A stretch of 64,000 bases of DNA, from the NCBI GenBank assembly GCA_002256115.1, contig NKIK01000003.1, positions 194,280-258,279 of the forward strand. The letters are read 5' to 3'. Positions 8,333-18,893 of the stretch are shown one piece after another (the first letter of the stretch is position 1; the number at the start of each line of letters is the position of its first letter). The translations under genes were made by a program, and so were the position numbers. Under the pieces are notes generated by a model. It was given only the letters and a program-made list of their open reading frames with translations. It searched no databases and was not told the DNA's origin. The DNA comes from Burkholderiales bacterium PBB3 (GTDB lineage: Bacteria; Pseudomonadota; Gammaproteobacteria; Burkholderiales; Burkholderiaceae_C).

Positions 8333-10633
8333 ATGAAAAATCTCGACGCCTTTAAGGCCCACGGCGACGTCATCTGGAACATTGCCAACCTGCTGCGCGG
8401 CCCCTACCGCCCACCGCAGTACCGCCGAGTCATGATTCCCCTCACCGTGCTGCGCAGGCTGGACTGTGTGCTGGAAGCCAGTAAAGACGCCGTCATCAAG
8501 TACCACAAGCAGCTCAAAGAGCAAACAGACAAAGACGGTAAACCCAAGTACGACACCGAAACCATTGAAAAAATGGTCTTCCACAAGTTCAAATTGGCGT
8601 TCTTCAACACCAGCGAATTCACCTTTCAAACCCTGCTGGGGGACCCCGACAAGCTAGTCGCCAACCTGGCGAACTACATGGCCGGCTTTTCCACCCGTGC
8701 CCGCAAGATCATTGAAAAGTTTAAGTTTGAGGAAGAGATCGACAAACTTGAAGAAGCCAACCGCCTGTTTGATGTGGTCAAGCAAGTGGCTGCAGTGGAC
8801 CTGCACCCTGACACCATTCCCAACATTGCCATGGGCTACTTGTTTGAGGACTTGGTGCGCCGCTTTAACGAGCAGGCCAACGAAGAGGCGGGGGACCACT
8901 TCACGCCGCGTGAAGTCATCAAGCTCATGGTGAACCTGCTGTTCACCCATGACGATCTGGTGTACCGCAAGGCCAAACTCATCAAGATTTATGACCCGAC
9001 CTGTGGCACGGGCGGCATGTTGTCGGAGTCTGAAAAGGTCATCAAAGATCCGGAGACGGGTTTGAACCCCAGCGCCGATGTGCGCCTATTCGGCCAAGAG
9101 TACAACCCCGAGTCTTATGCCATCTGCGGCTCCGACTTGATGATCAAAGATGAGGATGTCAAAAACATCGTCTTTGGCGACACGCTAGGTACCGGCAAGC
9201 TCAAGGAAGGCTTTGCTGATGGCGATGGCCACCCAGATGAGCACTTTCACTTCATGCTGGCCAATCCGCCCTTTGGCGTGGAATGGAAGCCTGAAAAAGA
9301 CTTTGTCACCAAAGAGCACGACGCCTTTGGCTTTAAGGGCCGCTTTGGCCCCGGCTTGCCGCGCATCAACGACGGCGCGCTGCTCTTTTTGATGCACATG
9401 ATCTCCAAAATGCAGCCCGCACCCGAGAAAGGTGGCGAGGGCTCGCGTATTGCCGTTGTCTTCAACGGCTCGCCGCTATTCACCGGCGATGCGGGCAGTG
9501 GCGAGAGCAACATCCGCCGCTGGATCATTGAAAACGACATGCTCGAAGCCGTCATCGGCCTGCCCGACCAGCTCTTCTACAACACCGGCATCTACACCTA
9601 TGTGTGGATCGTCACCAACCGCAAGACCGAGCAGCGCAAAGGCCGGGTGCAGCTCATCAACGCCACCGACTTTGCCTGGAAGATGAAGAAAAGCCTGGGC
9701 GACAAACGAAAGCGCATGGGCGATGGCACCGATGGCACGCCCGACCATCTGGCCGCCATCACCCGCCTGTATGGCGACTACGTCCACAACGTGCGCAAGA
9801 CCGTGGCCGAGATTCAAACCAACATCGACCAACGCGGCGAATCTAAACGCGACCAAACCAAAAGCCAATGCGTCAGCAAGATTTTTGACAACCAAGACTT
9901 TGGCTTTCTCAAGATCACCGTAGAGCGCCCTCTGCGCTTGAACTTTGCCGTGACGCCAGAGCGCATTGCCCGCGTGCAAGCCACTGACGCATTTACCGAC
10001 CTGGTAGTCTCACGCAAACGCAAAGACAAAAAAGCCATTCAAGAGCAAATTTTGGTGGGCGAAGCTGCGCAGCAGGCCATTCTGAAAGTGCTGCACGGCA
10101 TGCAAGACGCATTTGCCAATGGCGGACTGGTCAAAGATCGCAGCGTATTTGAGTCACTTGTGAATGACGCTTTTGCAGCAGACGGCATAGAACTGGACAG
10201 CAAGCTCAAAACCGCCTTCTTGTCCGCAGGTGGCTTGGCAGACAAAGACCCCAGCGCCGAAATTTGTTACAACAAAAAAGGCCAGCGCGAGCCCGACGCT
10301 GACCTGCGCGACACAGAGAACGTGCCCCTGCCCCCCGGCATCGCGCTGCCCCTGCCGCTGGACTATGAGAGCAAAAAGAACAAAGGCAAGGTGGACACCG
10401 CGCCCCTGCTGAAACTGGTGCAAGCCCACTGCGAGGCATACCTGGCCAATGAAGTGCTGCCCTACCGGCCCGATGCGTGGATAGACCACAGCAAAATCAA
10501 AGTGGGTTACGAAATTCCTTTCAATCGCCACTTCTATGAATACGAGCCTCCCCGCCCGCTGGAGGATATTGAGGCCGACATCCTGGCGCTGGAAAAAGAC
10601 ATCATGGCGATGCTGAAGGCCGTGACGGCATGA
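8333..10633 (+). CDS. hsdM: Type I restriction-modification system, N6-adenine DNA methyltransferase subunit
   Basis: Motif I YDPTCGTGGML and motif IV MLANPPFGVEWK, 766 aa. Confidence 0.9.
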   Translation: MKNLDAFKAHGDVIWNIANLLRGPYRPPQYRRVMIPLTVLRRLDCVLEASKDAVIKYHKQLKEQTDKDGKPKYDTETIEKMVFHKFKLAFFNTSEFTFQTLLGDPDKLVANLANYMAGFSTRARKIIEKFKFEEEIDKLEEANRLFDVVKQVAAVDLHPDTIPNIAMGYLFEDLVRRFNEQANEEAGDHFTPREVIKLMVNLLFTHDDLVYRKAKLIKIYDPTCGTGGMLSESEKVIKDPETGLNPSADVRLFGQEYNPESYAICGSDLMIKDEDVKNIVFGDTLGTGKLKEGFADGDGHPDEHFHFMLANPPFGVEWKPEKDFVTKEHDAFGFKGRFGPGLPRINDGALLFLMHMISKMQPAPEKGGEGSRIAVVFNGSPLFTGDAGSGESNIRRWIIENDMLEAVIGLPDQLFYNTGIYTYVWIVTNRKTEQRKGRVQLINATDFAWKMKKSLGDKRKRMGDGTDGTPDHLAAITRLYGDYVHNVRKTVAEIQTNIDQRGESKRDQTKSQCVSKIFDNQDFGFLKITVERPLRLNFAVTPERIARVQATDAFTDLVVSRKRKDKKAIQEQILVGEAAQQAILKVLHGMQDAFANGGLVKDRSVFESLVNDAFAADGIELDSKLKTAFLSAGGLADKDPSAEICYNKKGQREPDADLRDTENVPLPPGIALPLPLDYESKKNKGKVDTAPLLKLVQAHCEAYLANEVLPYRPDAWIDHSKIKVGYEIPFNRHFYEYEPPRPLEDIEADILALEKDIMAMLKAVTA

Positions 10634-10748
10634 GCGTGAATTTCATCTGCGGTGGAACATGTAAGTGCGGCTTACAAGTTCAATTCGAATCGAATTTCAG
10701 CGAGTCAGTTGTCAAGGAATCCTTGTCAACCGCCTTCAGGGGCAAACG

Positions 10749-12113
10749 ATGAATCTCGCTCCATATCCCGGCCACAAGCGCACAGGCATCGAATGGCTTG
10801 GCGCATTCCCCTCACACTGGGTTGTGAAGCGCCTTCGTTTCGCGACCGAACGCATTGAGCAAGGTTGGTCGCCCCAGTGCGACAACCAGGCAGCCGACGA
10901 TGATGCCTGGGGCGTGATGAAGGTCGGTTGCGTCAATGGCGATCAGTTCGATGCCAGTGAAAACAAGGCATTGCCACCAGAGCTAGACCCGAAAACCGAG
11001 TACGAGCTGCGCCCTGGCGATGTATTGATCAGCCGCGCCAATACCCGAGAGCTGGTGGGTAGTGCAGCAATCGTGCCCTGTGACGTGCGTTCCAAACTCT
11101 TGCTGTGCGACAAGCTGTTTCGCATCGACCTGAGCCCTGAAGTTGATGCCGCGTATTTGACGTTTTGCCTGCGAACTCAGGCAGCGAGACACCAGTACGA
11201 GCAAGAAGCAACCGGTGCGAGTGGCTCCATGCAAAACATTGGGCAGGACACCATCAAGAATTTGATATTGCCATTTCCTCCGTATTCGGAGCAACAGCAA
11301 ATCGCCGCCTTCCTCGACTGGAAGACCAGCCAGATCGACGCGCTGATTGCCAAAAAGCGAACACTGCTGGAGAAGCTCAAAGAAAAGCGCCTAGCCGTCA
11401 TCACCCAAGCCGTGACCAAGGGCCTGAACCCGGATGTGCCTATGCGCGATTCAGGTTCAGGCTGGATTGGTCAAGTGCCCTCAAATTGGGATGTTTTGAA
11501 AATCAAATTTGTGACTGAATTGGCAAGCGGGCACACGCCTTCTCGCTCCGTTGAAGAGTATTGGATTGATTGCACCATTCCTTGGGTTTCTTTGAATGAC
11601 TCAAAGATGCTCCGTGAGAAGGACGCCATTTCTGAAACGCACTACCAAATCAGCGAACTAGGCCTGGCAAACTCATCTGCAAGACTGTTGCCGGCTGGGG
11701 TTGTAGTCTTCTCGCGGGACGCTACGGTTGGACTTTGCGCAATTACTGAAGTCCCAATGGCCGTCTCGCAGCACTTCATTGCCTACATTTGCGGGGAAAA
11801 AATCAGTGGAAAGTATTTGCTATTTGTTCTCAAAGCAATGAATCAACACTTGCAGAGCCTTCAGACTGGTTCAACAATTGTCACCATTGGTATGCCGGAG
11901 GTTCGTAGTTTGATATGTCCGCTGCCGACAAGCGCAGAACAGGCTGACATAGTCGATCACATAGATTCAGTGACAGCAAGAATTGATCAAATGTTGGCAA
12001 ACGCCGAGACAGCCATCGCCCGCCTCACCGAATACCGCTCCGCCCTCATCACAGCAGCCACTACCGGCAAGATCGACGTGCGTGGCTGGCAACCTTTGGA
12101 GTCATCCCCATGA
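10749..12113 (+). CDS. hsdS: Type I R-M specificity subunit with two target-recognition domains. Start chosen at ATG 10749, which has an RBS agggg; the ORF-track start at 10665 is probably too early.
   Basis: Duplicated conserved HsdS segments (LPFPPYSEQQQIAAFLD and CPLPTSAEQADIVDHID) with coiled-coil spacers. Confidence 0.85.
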   Translation: MNLAPYPGHKRTGIEWLGAFPSHWVVKRLRFATERIEQGWSPQCDNQAADDDAWGVMKVGCVNGDQFDASENKALPPELDPKTEYELRPGDVLISRANTRELVGSAAIVPCDVRSKLLLCDKLFRIDLSPEVDAAYLTFCLRTQAARHQYEQEATGASGSMQNIGQDTIKNLILPFPPYSEQQQIAAFLDWKTSQIDALIAKKRTLLEKLKEKRLAVITQAVTKGLNPDVPMRDSGSGWIGQVPSNWDVLKIKFVTELASGHTPSRSVEEYWIDCTIPWVSLNDSKMLREKDAISETHYQISELGLANSSARLLPAGVVVFSRDATVGLCAITEVPMAVSQHFIAYICGEKISGKYLLFVLKAMNQHLQSLQTGSTIVTIGMPEVRSLICPLPTSAEQADIVDHIDSVTARIDQMLANAETAIARLTEYRSALITAATTGKIDVRGWQPLESSP

Positions 12114-13243
12114 AATTTGAGACCTTCAAAGCGGGCACCTGGACGCCGCGCTACCAGTACAAGAGTTTTGAGCCGGTGCTGGTAGACCACGCCTGGATAT
12201 GGGAAGACTCCACCATCAACGCGCTGCTCGAATCTGCCAATCGGGCGTTGGGCGAGCTGAATGCGTTCTCACTGATCGTGCCGGACATTGACCTGTTCAT
12301 TGAAATGCACGTGGTGAAAGAAGCGCAAACCTCCAGCCGGATTGAAGGCACGCAAACCGGCATGGACGAAGCGCTGATGACCGAAGACCAGATTCAGCCC
12401 GAAAAGCGGGACGACTGGCGCGAGGTGCGCAACTATGTGGATGCCGTGAACGGTGCCATTGCCGAGCTGCAGACGCTGCCGCTGTCTAACCGCTTGTTGC
12501 GCAAAACCCATGAAATTTTGATGCGGGGCGTGCGCGGTGAGAACAAACAGCCTGGGGAGTTTCGCATCAGCCAAAACTGGATTGGCGGCTCCAGCTTGAT
12601 GGACGCGGTGTTTATTCCGCCGCACCCGGAAGGCGTGCCAGACCTGATGAGCGACTTGGAGAAGTTTTGGCACGATGAGAGCATTACCGTGCCGCACCTG
12701 ATTCGCCTGGCCATCAGCCACTACCAGTTTGAGACTATTCACCCGTTTCTGGATGGCAATGGACGCATTGGGCGACTGCTGGTGCCGCTGTATTTGGTGA
12801 GCAATGGGCTGCTGGCGAAGCCATCGCTGTACCTGTCAGACTTTTTTGAGCGTAACCGCGCCAGCTATTACGACGCACTGATGCGGGTGCGTGTGTCCAA
12901 TGACATGATTCATTGGGTGCGGTTTTTCTTGCAGGGCGTGGCGGAGACGGCCACAAAGGGTCGCAATGTATTCAAGGAAATTTTGACACTGAGGACGGAT
13001 GCTGAGCACAAATTGCTTTCATTGGGCAAGCGCGCGCCTAACGCAAAACAAGCACTCAACTTGCTATACCGGCGTCCTATGTTGAGCGCCATGGACTTGG
13101 AACGCAGCTTGGGCGTAAGCCATCCGACTGCGAATGCCTTATTGCGCGACTTCATTAGGCTGGGGTTTTTGAGAGAGATCACCGGCGCTTCTCGGCACCG
13201 CCTGTATGTGTTCGAAACTTACCTTGATCTCTTCACAAGGTAA
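12110..13243 (+). CDS. fic: Fic-domain protein (AMPylase-type) with an N-terminal inhibitory-helix motif. Embedded between hsdS and hsdR.
   Basis: Canonical active site HPFLDGNGRIGR, an upstream SSRIEG that fits (S/T)xxxE(G/N), and a 4-bp ATGA overlap with hsdS. Confidence 0.85.
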   Translation: MKFETFKAGTWTPRYQYKSFEPVLVDHAWIWEDSTINALLESANRALGELNAFSLIVPDIDLFIEMHVVKEAQTSSRIEGTQTGMDEALMTEDQIQPEKRDDWREVRNYVDAVNGAIAELQTLPLSNRLLRKTHEILMRGVRGENKQPGEFRISQNWIGGSSLMDAVFIPPHPEGVPDLMSDLEKFWHDESITVPHLIRLAISHYQFETIHPFLDGNGRIGRLLVPLYLVSNGLLAKPSLYLSDFFERNRASYYDALMRVRVSNDMIHWVRFFLQGVAETATKGRNVFKEILTLRTDAEHKLLSLGKRAPNAKQALNLLYRRPMLSAMDLERSLGVSHPTANALLRDFIRLGFLREITGASRHRLYVFETYLDLFTR

Positions 13244-13303
13244 GGGAAATCAATTTCCCTTACATTAAGTCCAGCATAAGGTAAAGATTAGGCCTGCCTA
13301 ACC

Positions 13304-16300
13304 ATGAAAAAGCACACCGAAGCCCGGCTGGAAGATGCCATTGTGGACAGCCTGACCCGTGAGGGCGGCTTTGCGTTGGTGGACTATCGGCATGGCCCTG
13401 CCGCAGGCCGCTATGACAAGGCGCTGGCGCTGGACCCGGCGCTGGTGCTGGGCTTTATCCAAACCACCCAGCCCAAGGTATGGCACAGCCTGCATGCCAT
13501 CCACAAGGACGAAACGCCCAAGGTGGTGCTCGACCACCTGGTCAAAGAGCTGGACACCAAGGGCATGCTCAAGGTGCTGCGCCAGGGCTTCAAGTGCTAT
13601 GGCAAGAAACTGCGCGTGGCGGTGTTTGCCCCCAACAACGCCATGAACCCCGACACGCTGGCGCTGTACGGGCACAACCAACTGACGGTAACGCGCCAGC
13701 TGTATTACAGCGACGCCCACAGCAAGTCGCTGGACCTTGTGCTGTTTTTAAACGGCCTGCCCATTGCCACGGCAGAGCTGAAGAACCCGCTCTCCGGCCA
13801 AACGGTAGAAGACGCCAAGCGGCAATACAAGCGCGACCGCGATGCCCGCGAGCTGCTGTTTGAATTTAAAAAGCGTGCGCTGGTGCACTTTGCGGTAGAC
13901 CAAGACCAGGTGTTCATGGCCACGCGCCTGAGTGGCGACAAGACTTTCTTCTTGCCCTTTAACCTGGGCGATAACGGTCACCCAGGCAACCCGCCTGCGG
14001 CAGACGGCGGCTACCGCACGGCCTACCTGTGGCGCGAGGTGTGGCAGCGCGATAGCTTGCTGGACATCGTGGGCCGCTTTATGCACCTGCAGGAGGAGGA
14101 CAAGCGCATCCTCACCAACGAGGGCATCAAGAAGATTCACAAAGAGACCATGATCTTCCCGCGCTACCACCAGCTGGACGCGGTGCGCAAGCTGGTGGTC
14201 CATGCCCAAGCGCATGGGCCAGGGCGCAACTACCTGGTGCAGCACTCGGCGGGCTCGGGCAAGTCCAACTCCATCGCCTGGCTGGCGCACCGCCTGAGCA
14301 GCCTGCACGATGCGGCTGACAACAAGGTGTTTGACTCGGTGATTGTGGTGACCGACCGGCAGGTGCTAGACACGCAGTTGCAAGACACCATTTACCAGTT
14401 TGAGCACAAGCAAGGTGTGGTGCAAAAGATTGACGAAGACACGCGTCAGCTGGCCCAGGCGCTGGCGGGCGGCACGCCCATCATCATTACCACGCTGCAG
14501 AAGTTTCCGTTCATTACCGAGACGCTGGACAAGCTGCGCAAAGAGAACCACCCCGGCATTGCCATTGACACCCGGGACAAGCAGTTTGCCGTGATCGTGG
14601 ACGAGGCGCACAGCTCGCAGTCGGGCGAAAACGCCATGGAACTCAAAGGCGTACTGAACGCGCACCGCATCGAAGAAGAAGCCGCCCAATACGTGGCGGA
14701 GCAAGGGCTGGACTCGCAGGACGATGAAGACGAAGCCGACCCTCTGGCCGGCGTGGTGCGCGAGATGCGCAAGCGCGGCAAGCAAAGCAACCTGAGCTTT
14801 TTTGCATTTACCGCCACGCCCAAGTTCAAAACCAAAAAGGTGTTTGACGAGCCCGGCCCCAACGGGCAGTCCCCCTTTCACCTGTACACCATGCGGCAGG
14901 CGATTGAGGAGAAGTTCATCCTCGATGTGCTCAAGCACTACATCACCTACGAGGCGTACTTTCGCCTGGTGCAGGTGGGCGACGATGACCCGCATGTTGA
15001 GCGCAAGAAGGCAGCCCGTGCGCTGGCCCGCACGCTCACCTTCCATGAGGTGAACCTGCGCAGCAAGACCGAGGTGATGGTGGAGCACTTTCGCACCCAT
15101 GTGCGCCACAAAATCGGCGGCCGTGCCAAAGCCATGGTGGTCACCGACGGGCGCTTGCACGCGGTGCGCTACAAGCAAACGTTTGATGCCTACATTGCCG
15201 AGAAGGGCTACACCGATGTGAAAACGCTGGTGGCATTTTCAGGCATGGTGGAAGACCCGCGCTTTCCCGGCAAGAACCTGACCGAGGTGGGCATGAACGG
15301 TGGCATCAAAGAAAAAGAGCTGCCCGAAAAGTTTGAAAGCGCCGAATACCAAGTGCTGCTGGTGGCCGAGAAGTACCAAACCGGCTTTGACCAGCCCTTG
15401 CTGCACACCATGTATGTGGACAAGAAGCTCACCGGGCTGCAGGCGGTGCAAACCTTGTCGCGCCTGAACCGCAGCTGTGTAGGCAAGGAGGACACCTTCA
15501 TTCTGGACTTCAGGAATACCCCCGAAGAGATTTTTACGGCCTTCAAGCCCTATTACGAAGACACGCCCACCGATCTGCTGACGGACGCGCAGCACCTATA
15601 TCGACTGCACCACCAGATTGAAGAAACGGGGCTGATCTTTGAAGAAGAGGTGAACGCGTTTGGTGCGGTGTACTTCAAGTCGGTACGCAAACAGTCTGTA
15701 AGTGACCACGCAGCCATGAACGGCGTGCTGGACCAAGCCGTTGACCGGTTTAAGGAGCTGGATGAAGATGAGCGCGAGGAAACCAAAGCGCTGCTGGTGA
15801 ACTTTCGCAACCTGTATGCCTTTATGTCGCAGGTGATTCCCTACCAAGACTCGGATCTGGAAAAGCTCTACACCTACCTGCGCTTTTTGCTGACCAAACT
15901 GCCGCGCCGCGAGGGCGGGGGCACGGTGCAGCTGGATGAAGAGGTGGAGCTGCAGTACTACCGGCTGCAGAAGATTGGTGAAGGTCGAATCGACCTGTCT
16001 GCAGGGCAAGCACAACCACTCAAAGGCCCCAACGATGTGGGCACCGGGCAGGAGGATGCACCGATTCGACTCTCCGAACTGATCGACCTATTGAACCAGC
16101 GTTTTGGAACGGACTTTACCCAAGCTGACCAGCTGTTTTTTGATCAAATTCAAGAAGAAGCGATTGAGAGCGACGTACTGCAACAAGCGGCGGAAACCAA
16201 CTCAAAAGAGGATTTCCGCTACGTGTTTGAAAAGGCGTTTGAGGGCTTGGTCATGGAGCGCATGGAGGGGAACGAGGAAATCTTTGGCAAGCTGATGGCG

Positions 16301-16381
16301 GATGGCGAATTCCGAAAACTGGCGCTGGAGCACCTGTTGCACAAGGTGTACCAGAGTTTGAAGAATGGGAAAAAGCGTTGA
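13304..16381 (+). CDS. hsdR: Type I R-M restriction subunit (SF2 helicase/endonuclease)
   Basis: Walker A HSAGSGKSNS and DEAH box VIVDEAHSSQSG, 1025 aa. Confidence 0.9.
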   Translation: MKKHTEARLEDAIVDSLTREGGFALVDYRHGPAAGRYDKALALDPALVLGFIQTTQPKVWHSLHAIHKDETPKVVLDHLVKELDTKGMLKVLRQGFKCYGKKLRVAVFAPNNAMNPDTLALYGHNQLTVTRQLYYSDAHSKSLDLVLFLNGLPIATAELKNPLSGQTVEDAKRQYKRDRDARELLFEFKKRALVHFAVDQDQVFMATRLSGDKTFFLPFNLGDNGHPGNPPAADGGYRTAYLWREVWQRDSLLDIVGRFMHLQEEDKRILTNEGIKKIHKETMIFPRYHQLDAVRKLVVHAQAHGPGRNYLVQHSAGSGKSNSIAWLAHRLSSLHDAADNKVFDSVIVVTDRQVLDTQLQDTIYQFEHKQGVVQKIDEDTRQLAQALAGGTPIIITTLQKFPFITETLDKLRKENHPGIAIDTRDKQFAVIVDEAHSSQSGENAMELKGVLNAHRIEEEAAQYVAEQGLDSQDDEDEADPLAGVVREMRKRGKQSNLSFFAFTATPKFKTKKVFDEPGPNGQSPFHLYTMRQAIEEKFILDVLKHYITYEAYFRLVQVGDDDPHVERKKAARALARTLTFHEVNLRSKTEVMVEHFRTHVRHKIGGRAKAMVVTDGRLHAVRYKQTFDAYIAEKGYTDVKTLVAFSGMVEDPRFPGKNLTEVGMNGGIKEKELPEKFESAEYQVLLVAEKYQTGFDQPLLHTMYVDKKLTGLQAVQTLSRLNRSCVGKEDTFILDFRNTPEEIFTAFKPYYEDTPTDLLTDAQHLYRLHHQIEETGLIFEEEVNAFGAVYFKSVRKQSVSDHAAMNGVLDQAVDRFKELDEDEREETKALLVNFRNLYAFMSQVIPYQDSDLEKLYTYLRFLLTKLPRREGGGTVQLDEEVELQYYRLQKIGEGRIDLSAGQAQPLKGPNDVGTGQEDAPIRLSELIDLLNQRFGTDFTQADQLFFDQIQEEAIESDVLQQAAETNSKEDFRYVFEKAFEGLVMERMEGNEEIFGKLMADGEFRKLALEHLLHKVYQSLKNGKKR

Positions 16382-18717
16382 GACGCCTCCTTGCTATTCT
16401 TTTAGTAGCTGCTCCCGCACTATCCACGGCCCCAGCAGCGCATTCGGCTAGTTTTTCGGAGGTCAAAGCGGCTTACCAACCGTCGGACACGCTAATTCTG
16501 GACCGCCGAGGGGAGGTGATTCACCGCATCCGCACCGATGCCACGGTGCGCCGTGGCCAGTGGGTGGCCTTGGCGGATGTGTCGCCCGCCTTGCGCACGG
16601 CGCTGGTGTTGAGTGAAGACAAGCGTTTTTACGAACACAGCGGGGTAGATTGGCAAGCCGTGTCCAGCGCGGCCTGGGGCAATCTGTGGAACAGCAAAAC
16701 GCGCGGCGCGTCCACCATCACCATGCAGCTCAGTGGCTTGCTGGATGACGACCTGAAACGCGGTAGCGGCGGGCGCAGCGTGGTGCAAAAGTTGGGGCAA
16801 ACCGTGTCGGCCACGGTGCTGGAGCGGAGCTGGCGCAAAGATCAAATTTTGGAAGCCTACCTGAATCTGGTGCCGCTCAAAGGCGAGCTGGTGGGCATAG
16901 ACGCGCTAAGCCGCACCCTGTTTGGCAAGGCCGCGCACGGCCTGGACAACCGCGAGGCTGCCGTGGCCGCCGCCCTGGTGCGCGCGCCCAATGCCAAAGC
17001 GCCCCAAGTGGTGCAGCGCGCCTGCAGCGTGCTGCAAGCGCTGCAAAAAGCGGGCAATGCAGATTGCGAGGCGCTGGATTTGTTTGTGACTGGTGCGCTC
17101 TCGCGGCGCGACTATGAGGCCAGCAGCGGGCTGGCACCGCATGTGGCGGTGCAGGTGACGAAAGCGCTTCAAGCAGGGCCAGCAAACGGTGGGATTGGGG
17201 AAAGCTCGGCTGCGAAGTTGCCTGCCAAGTTAGTGAGAGCCAGCACCATCATCACGACGACTTTGCGCGCACCCTTGCAGCGCTTTGCCGTGCAAACCCT
17301 GCAAACCCATTTGCGTGAACTCAGTGGCCGCCATTTGGAAGACGCCGCGCTGGTCGTGCTGGACAACGCCGGCGGCGAGGTGCTGGCCTGGGTCGGGTCC
17401 TCCGGGCCACTCAGCCGCGCAGAAGACGTGGACTTTGTCACCGCGCTGCGCCAGCCAGGCTCTACGCTCAAGCCGTTTTTGTATGCGCAGGCGATTGCCG
17501 AGCGGCGCATCACCGCCGCCTCCCTCTTGGAGGACTCGGATGCCCAAATACAGACCAGCGGCGGCCTGTATATCCCGCAAAACTACGACCGCCACTTCAA
17601 AGGCTGGGTATCGACCCGCACGGCGCTAGGCGCATCGCTCAATGTGCCGGCCGTGCGCACGCTGGTCATGGTGTCGCCCGACGCGTTTCAAAAACAACTG
17701 GTGGCGCTGGGCCTGCCGCTGAAGGAAAGCGGCGACTTTTATGGCTACAGCCTGGCGCTGGGCAGCGCCGAGGTGTCGTTGCTGAATCTGAGCAATGCCT
17801 ACCGCGCTTTGGCCAATGGCGGGCGCTACAGCCCCACCCGCCTGACGCTGGCGGCACCCGTGGCTACGCAGCGCAGCACACGCACCCCACTCACTGCAGC
17901 CGCTTTGCCCCCCAGCCGCCAGGTGCTGGACCCGCGCGCGGCATTCATCGTGGGCGATATCTTGAGCGACCCCCTGGCCCGCGCCCGCAGCTTTGGCACC
18001 GACAGCGTGCTGGCCACCCGCGCCTGGACGGCCGTGAAAACCGGCACTAGCAAAGACATGCGCGACAACTGGGCCGTGGGCTACTCCCAGGCCTACACCG
18101 TGGGTGTGTGGGTGGGCAATGCCAGCGGCGCGCCGATGTGGGATGTGAGCGGCACCACCGGCGCGGCACCAATCTGGGCGGCGACGATGAACTACCTGCA
18201 CGCCAAACAGCCCAGCCGCGCGCCCAAGCCACCAGCGGGTGTGGTGCAGGCCGCAGTGCAATTTGCCAACCCCACGCCCGGCGGCGGCGCGGCTTCTGGC
18301 ACCGCAGCCCTGGTTAGCAGCACCGAAGCCGCGCGCCAGGAGTGGTTTATTGCAGGCACACAGCAAAGTGCATTTGCTATGAAAACAGGAGCTTCTCCCG
18401 CACTATCCACGGCCTACAAAGCACATAACACCAGTAACGCCCAAGACAGCGCCAGCGCCCGCATCACCAGCCCCACGCACGGCACCATCATCGCGTTGGA
18501 CCCCGACATCCCCCCCAAAGCCCAACGCCTGAGCTTCAGCGCCGAAGGCAGTGGCCTGCGCTGGAAGATGGACGGCAAAGTATTCGCCAGCGGCAACGCC
18601 GCCCAGTGGCTGCCCTGGCCGGGGCGGCATGTGGTGCAGATTGTGGACAGCAAGGGCAAGGTGCTCGATGAGATCAAACTCGAAGTGCGCGGGGCGGGGG
18701 TGGTGGCTAAGCGATAG
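16378..18717 (+). CDS. pbpC: Penicillin-binding protein 1C (GT51 transglycosylase plus transpeptidase plus PbpC C-terminal domain). Both termini contain in-frame copies of the dispersed repeat.
   Basis: GT51 motifs EDKRFYEHSGVD and GASTITMQL, transpeptidase KTGTS, 779 aa. Confidence 0.8.
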   Translation: MRRLLAILLVAAPALSTAPAAHSASFSEVKAAYQPSDTLILDRRGEVIHRIRTDATVRRGQWVALADVSPALRTALVLSEDKRFYEHSGVDWQAVSSAAWGNLWNSKTRGASTITMQLSGLLDDDLKRGSGGRSVVQKLGQTVSATVLERSWRKDQILEAYLNLVPLKGELVGIDALSRTLFGKAAHGLDNREAAVAAALVRAPNAKAPQVVQRACSVLQALQKAGNADCEALDLFVTGALSRRDYEASSGLAPHVAVQVTKALQAGPANGGIGESSAAKLPAKLVRASTIITTTLRAPLQRFAVQTLQTHLRELSGRHLEDAALVVLDNAGGEVLAWVGSSGPLSRAEDVDFVTALRQPGSTLKPFLYAQAIAERRITAASLLEDSDAQIQTSGGLYIPQNYDRHFKGWVSTRTALGASLNVPAVRTLVMVSPDAFQKQLVALGLPLKESGDFYGYSLALGSAEVSLLNLSNAYRALANGGRYSPTRLTLAAPVATQRSTRTPLTAAALPPSRQVLDPRAAFIVGDILSDPLARARSFGTDSVLATRAWTAVKTGTSKDMRDNWAVGYSQAYTVGVWVGNASGAPMWDVSGTTGAAPIWAATMNYLHAKQPSRAPKPPAGVVQAAVQFANPTPGGGAASGTAALVSSTEAARQEWFIAGTQQSAFAMKTGASPALSTAYKAHNTSNAQDSASARITSPTHGTIIALDPDIPPKAQRLSFSAEGSGLRWKMDGKVFASGNAAQWLPWPGRHVVQIVDSKGKVLDEIKLEVRGAGVVAKR
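16393..16430 (+). repeat. Dispersed repeat family copy 3, in-frame in the pbpC N-terminus (encodes ..[12 protein letters not shown]..)
   Basis: Sequence gctattcttttagtaGCTGCTCCCGCACTATCCACGGCc. Confidence 0.85.
18376..18413 (+). repeat. Dispersed repeat family copy 4, in-frame in the pbpC C-terminal region (encodes ..TGASPALSTAYKAH..)
   Basis: Sequence gctatgaaaacaggaGCTTCTCCCGCACTATCCACGGCc. Confidence 0.85.
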
Positions 18718-18743
18718 ATAGGGCGAAAGAGAAAGTGGCGCGG

Positions 18744-18776
18744 TTTAATAAACTGCGCCACTTTTGCTGGAAACTG
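18744..18776 (+). terminator. Rho-independent terminator after pbpC
   Basis: Hairpin aagtggcgc...gcgccactt followed by TTTT. Confidence 0.6.
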
Positions 18777-18893
18777 CGCCATTTGAAGCGCTATCGGCGG
18801 CACACATGGGTGTTTGTGTGCGCTTTGGCGTCACACACCCACATCGGGATAATCCACTGAGCACAGCAGGCACTTAGTTTTAAAAGCACTATC

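Noticed and set aside
18780-18893. Imperfect inverted repeats and a CACACA direct repeat (ggcacacatgggtgtttgtgtgcgc...cacacacccacatcg) upstream of the Type II MTase, as a possible C-protein operator
   Set aside because: No controller (C) protein ORF is present, and the symmetry is weak. This is probably just promoter-region sequence.
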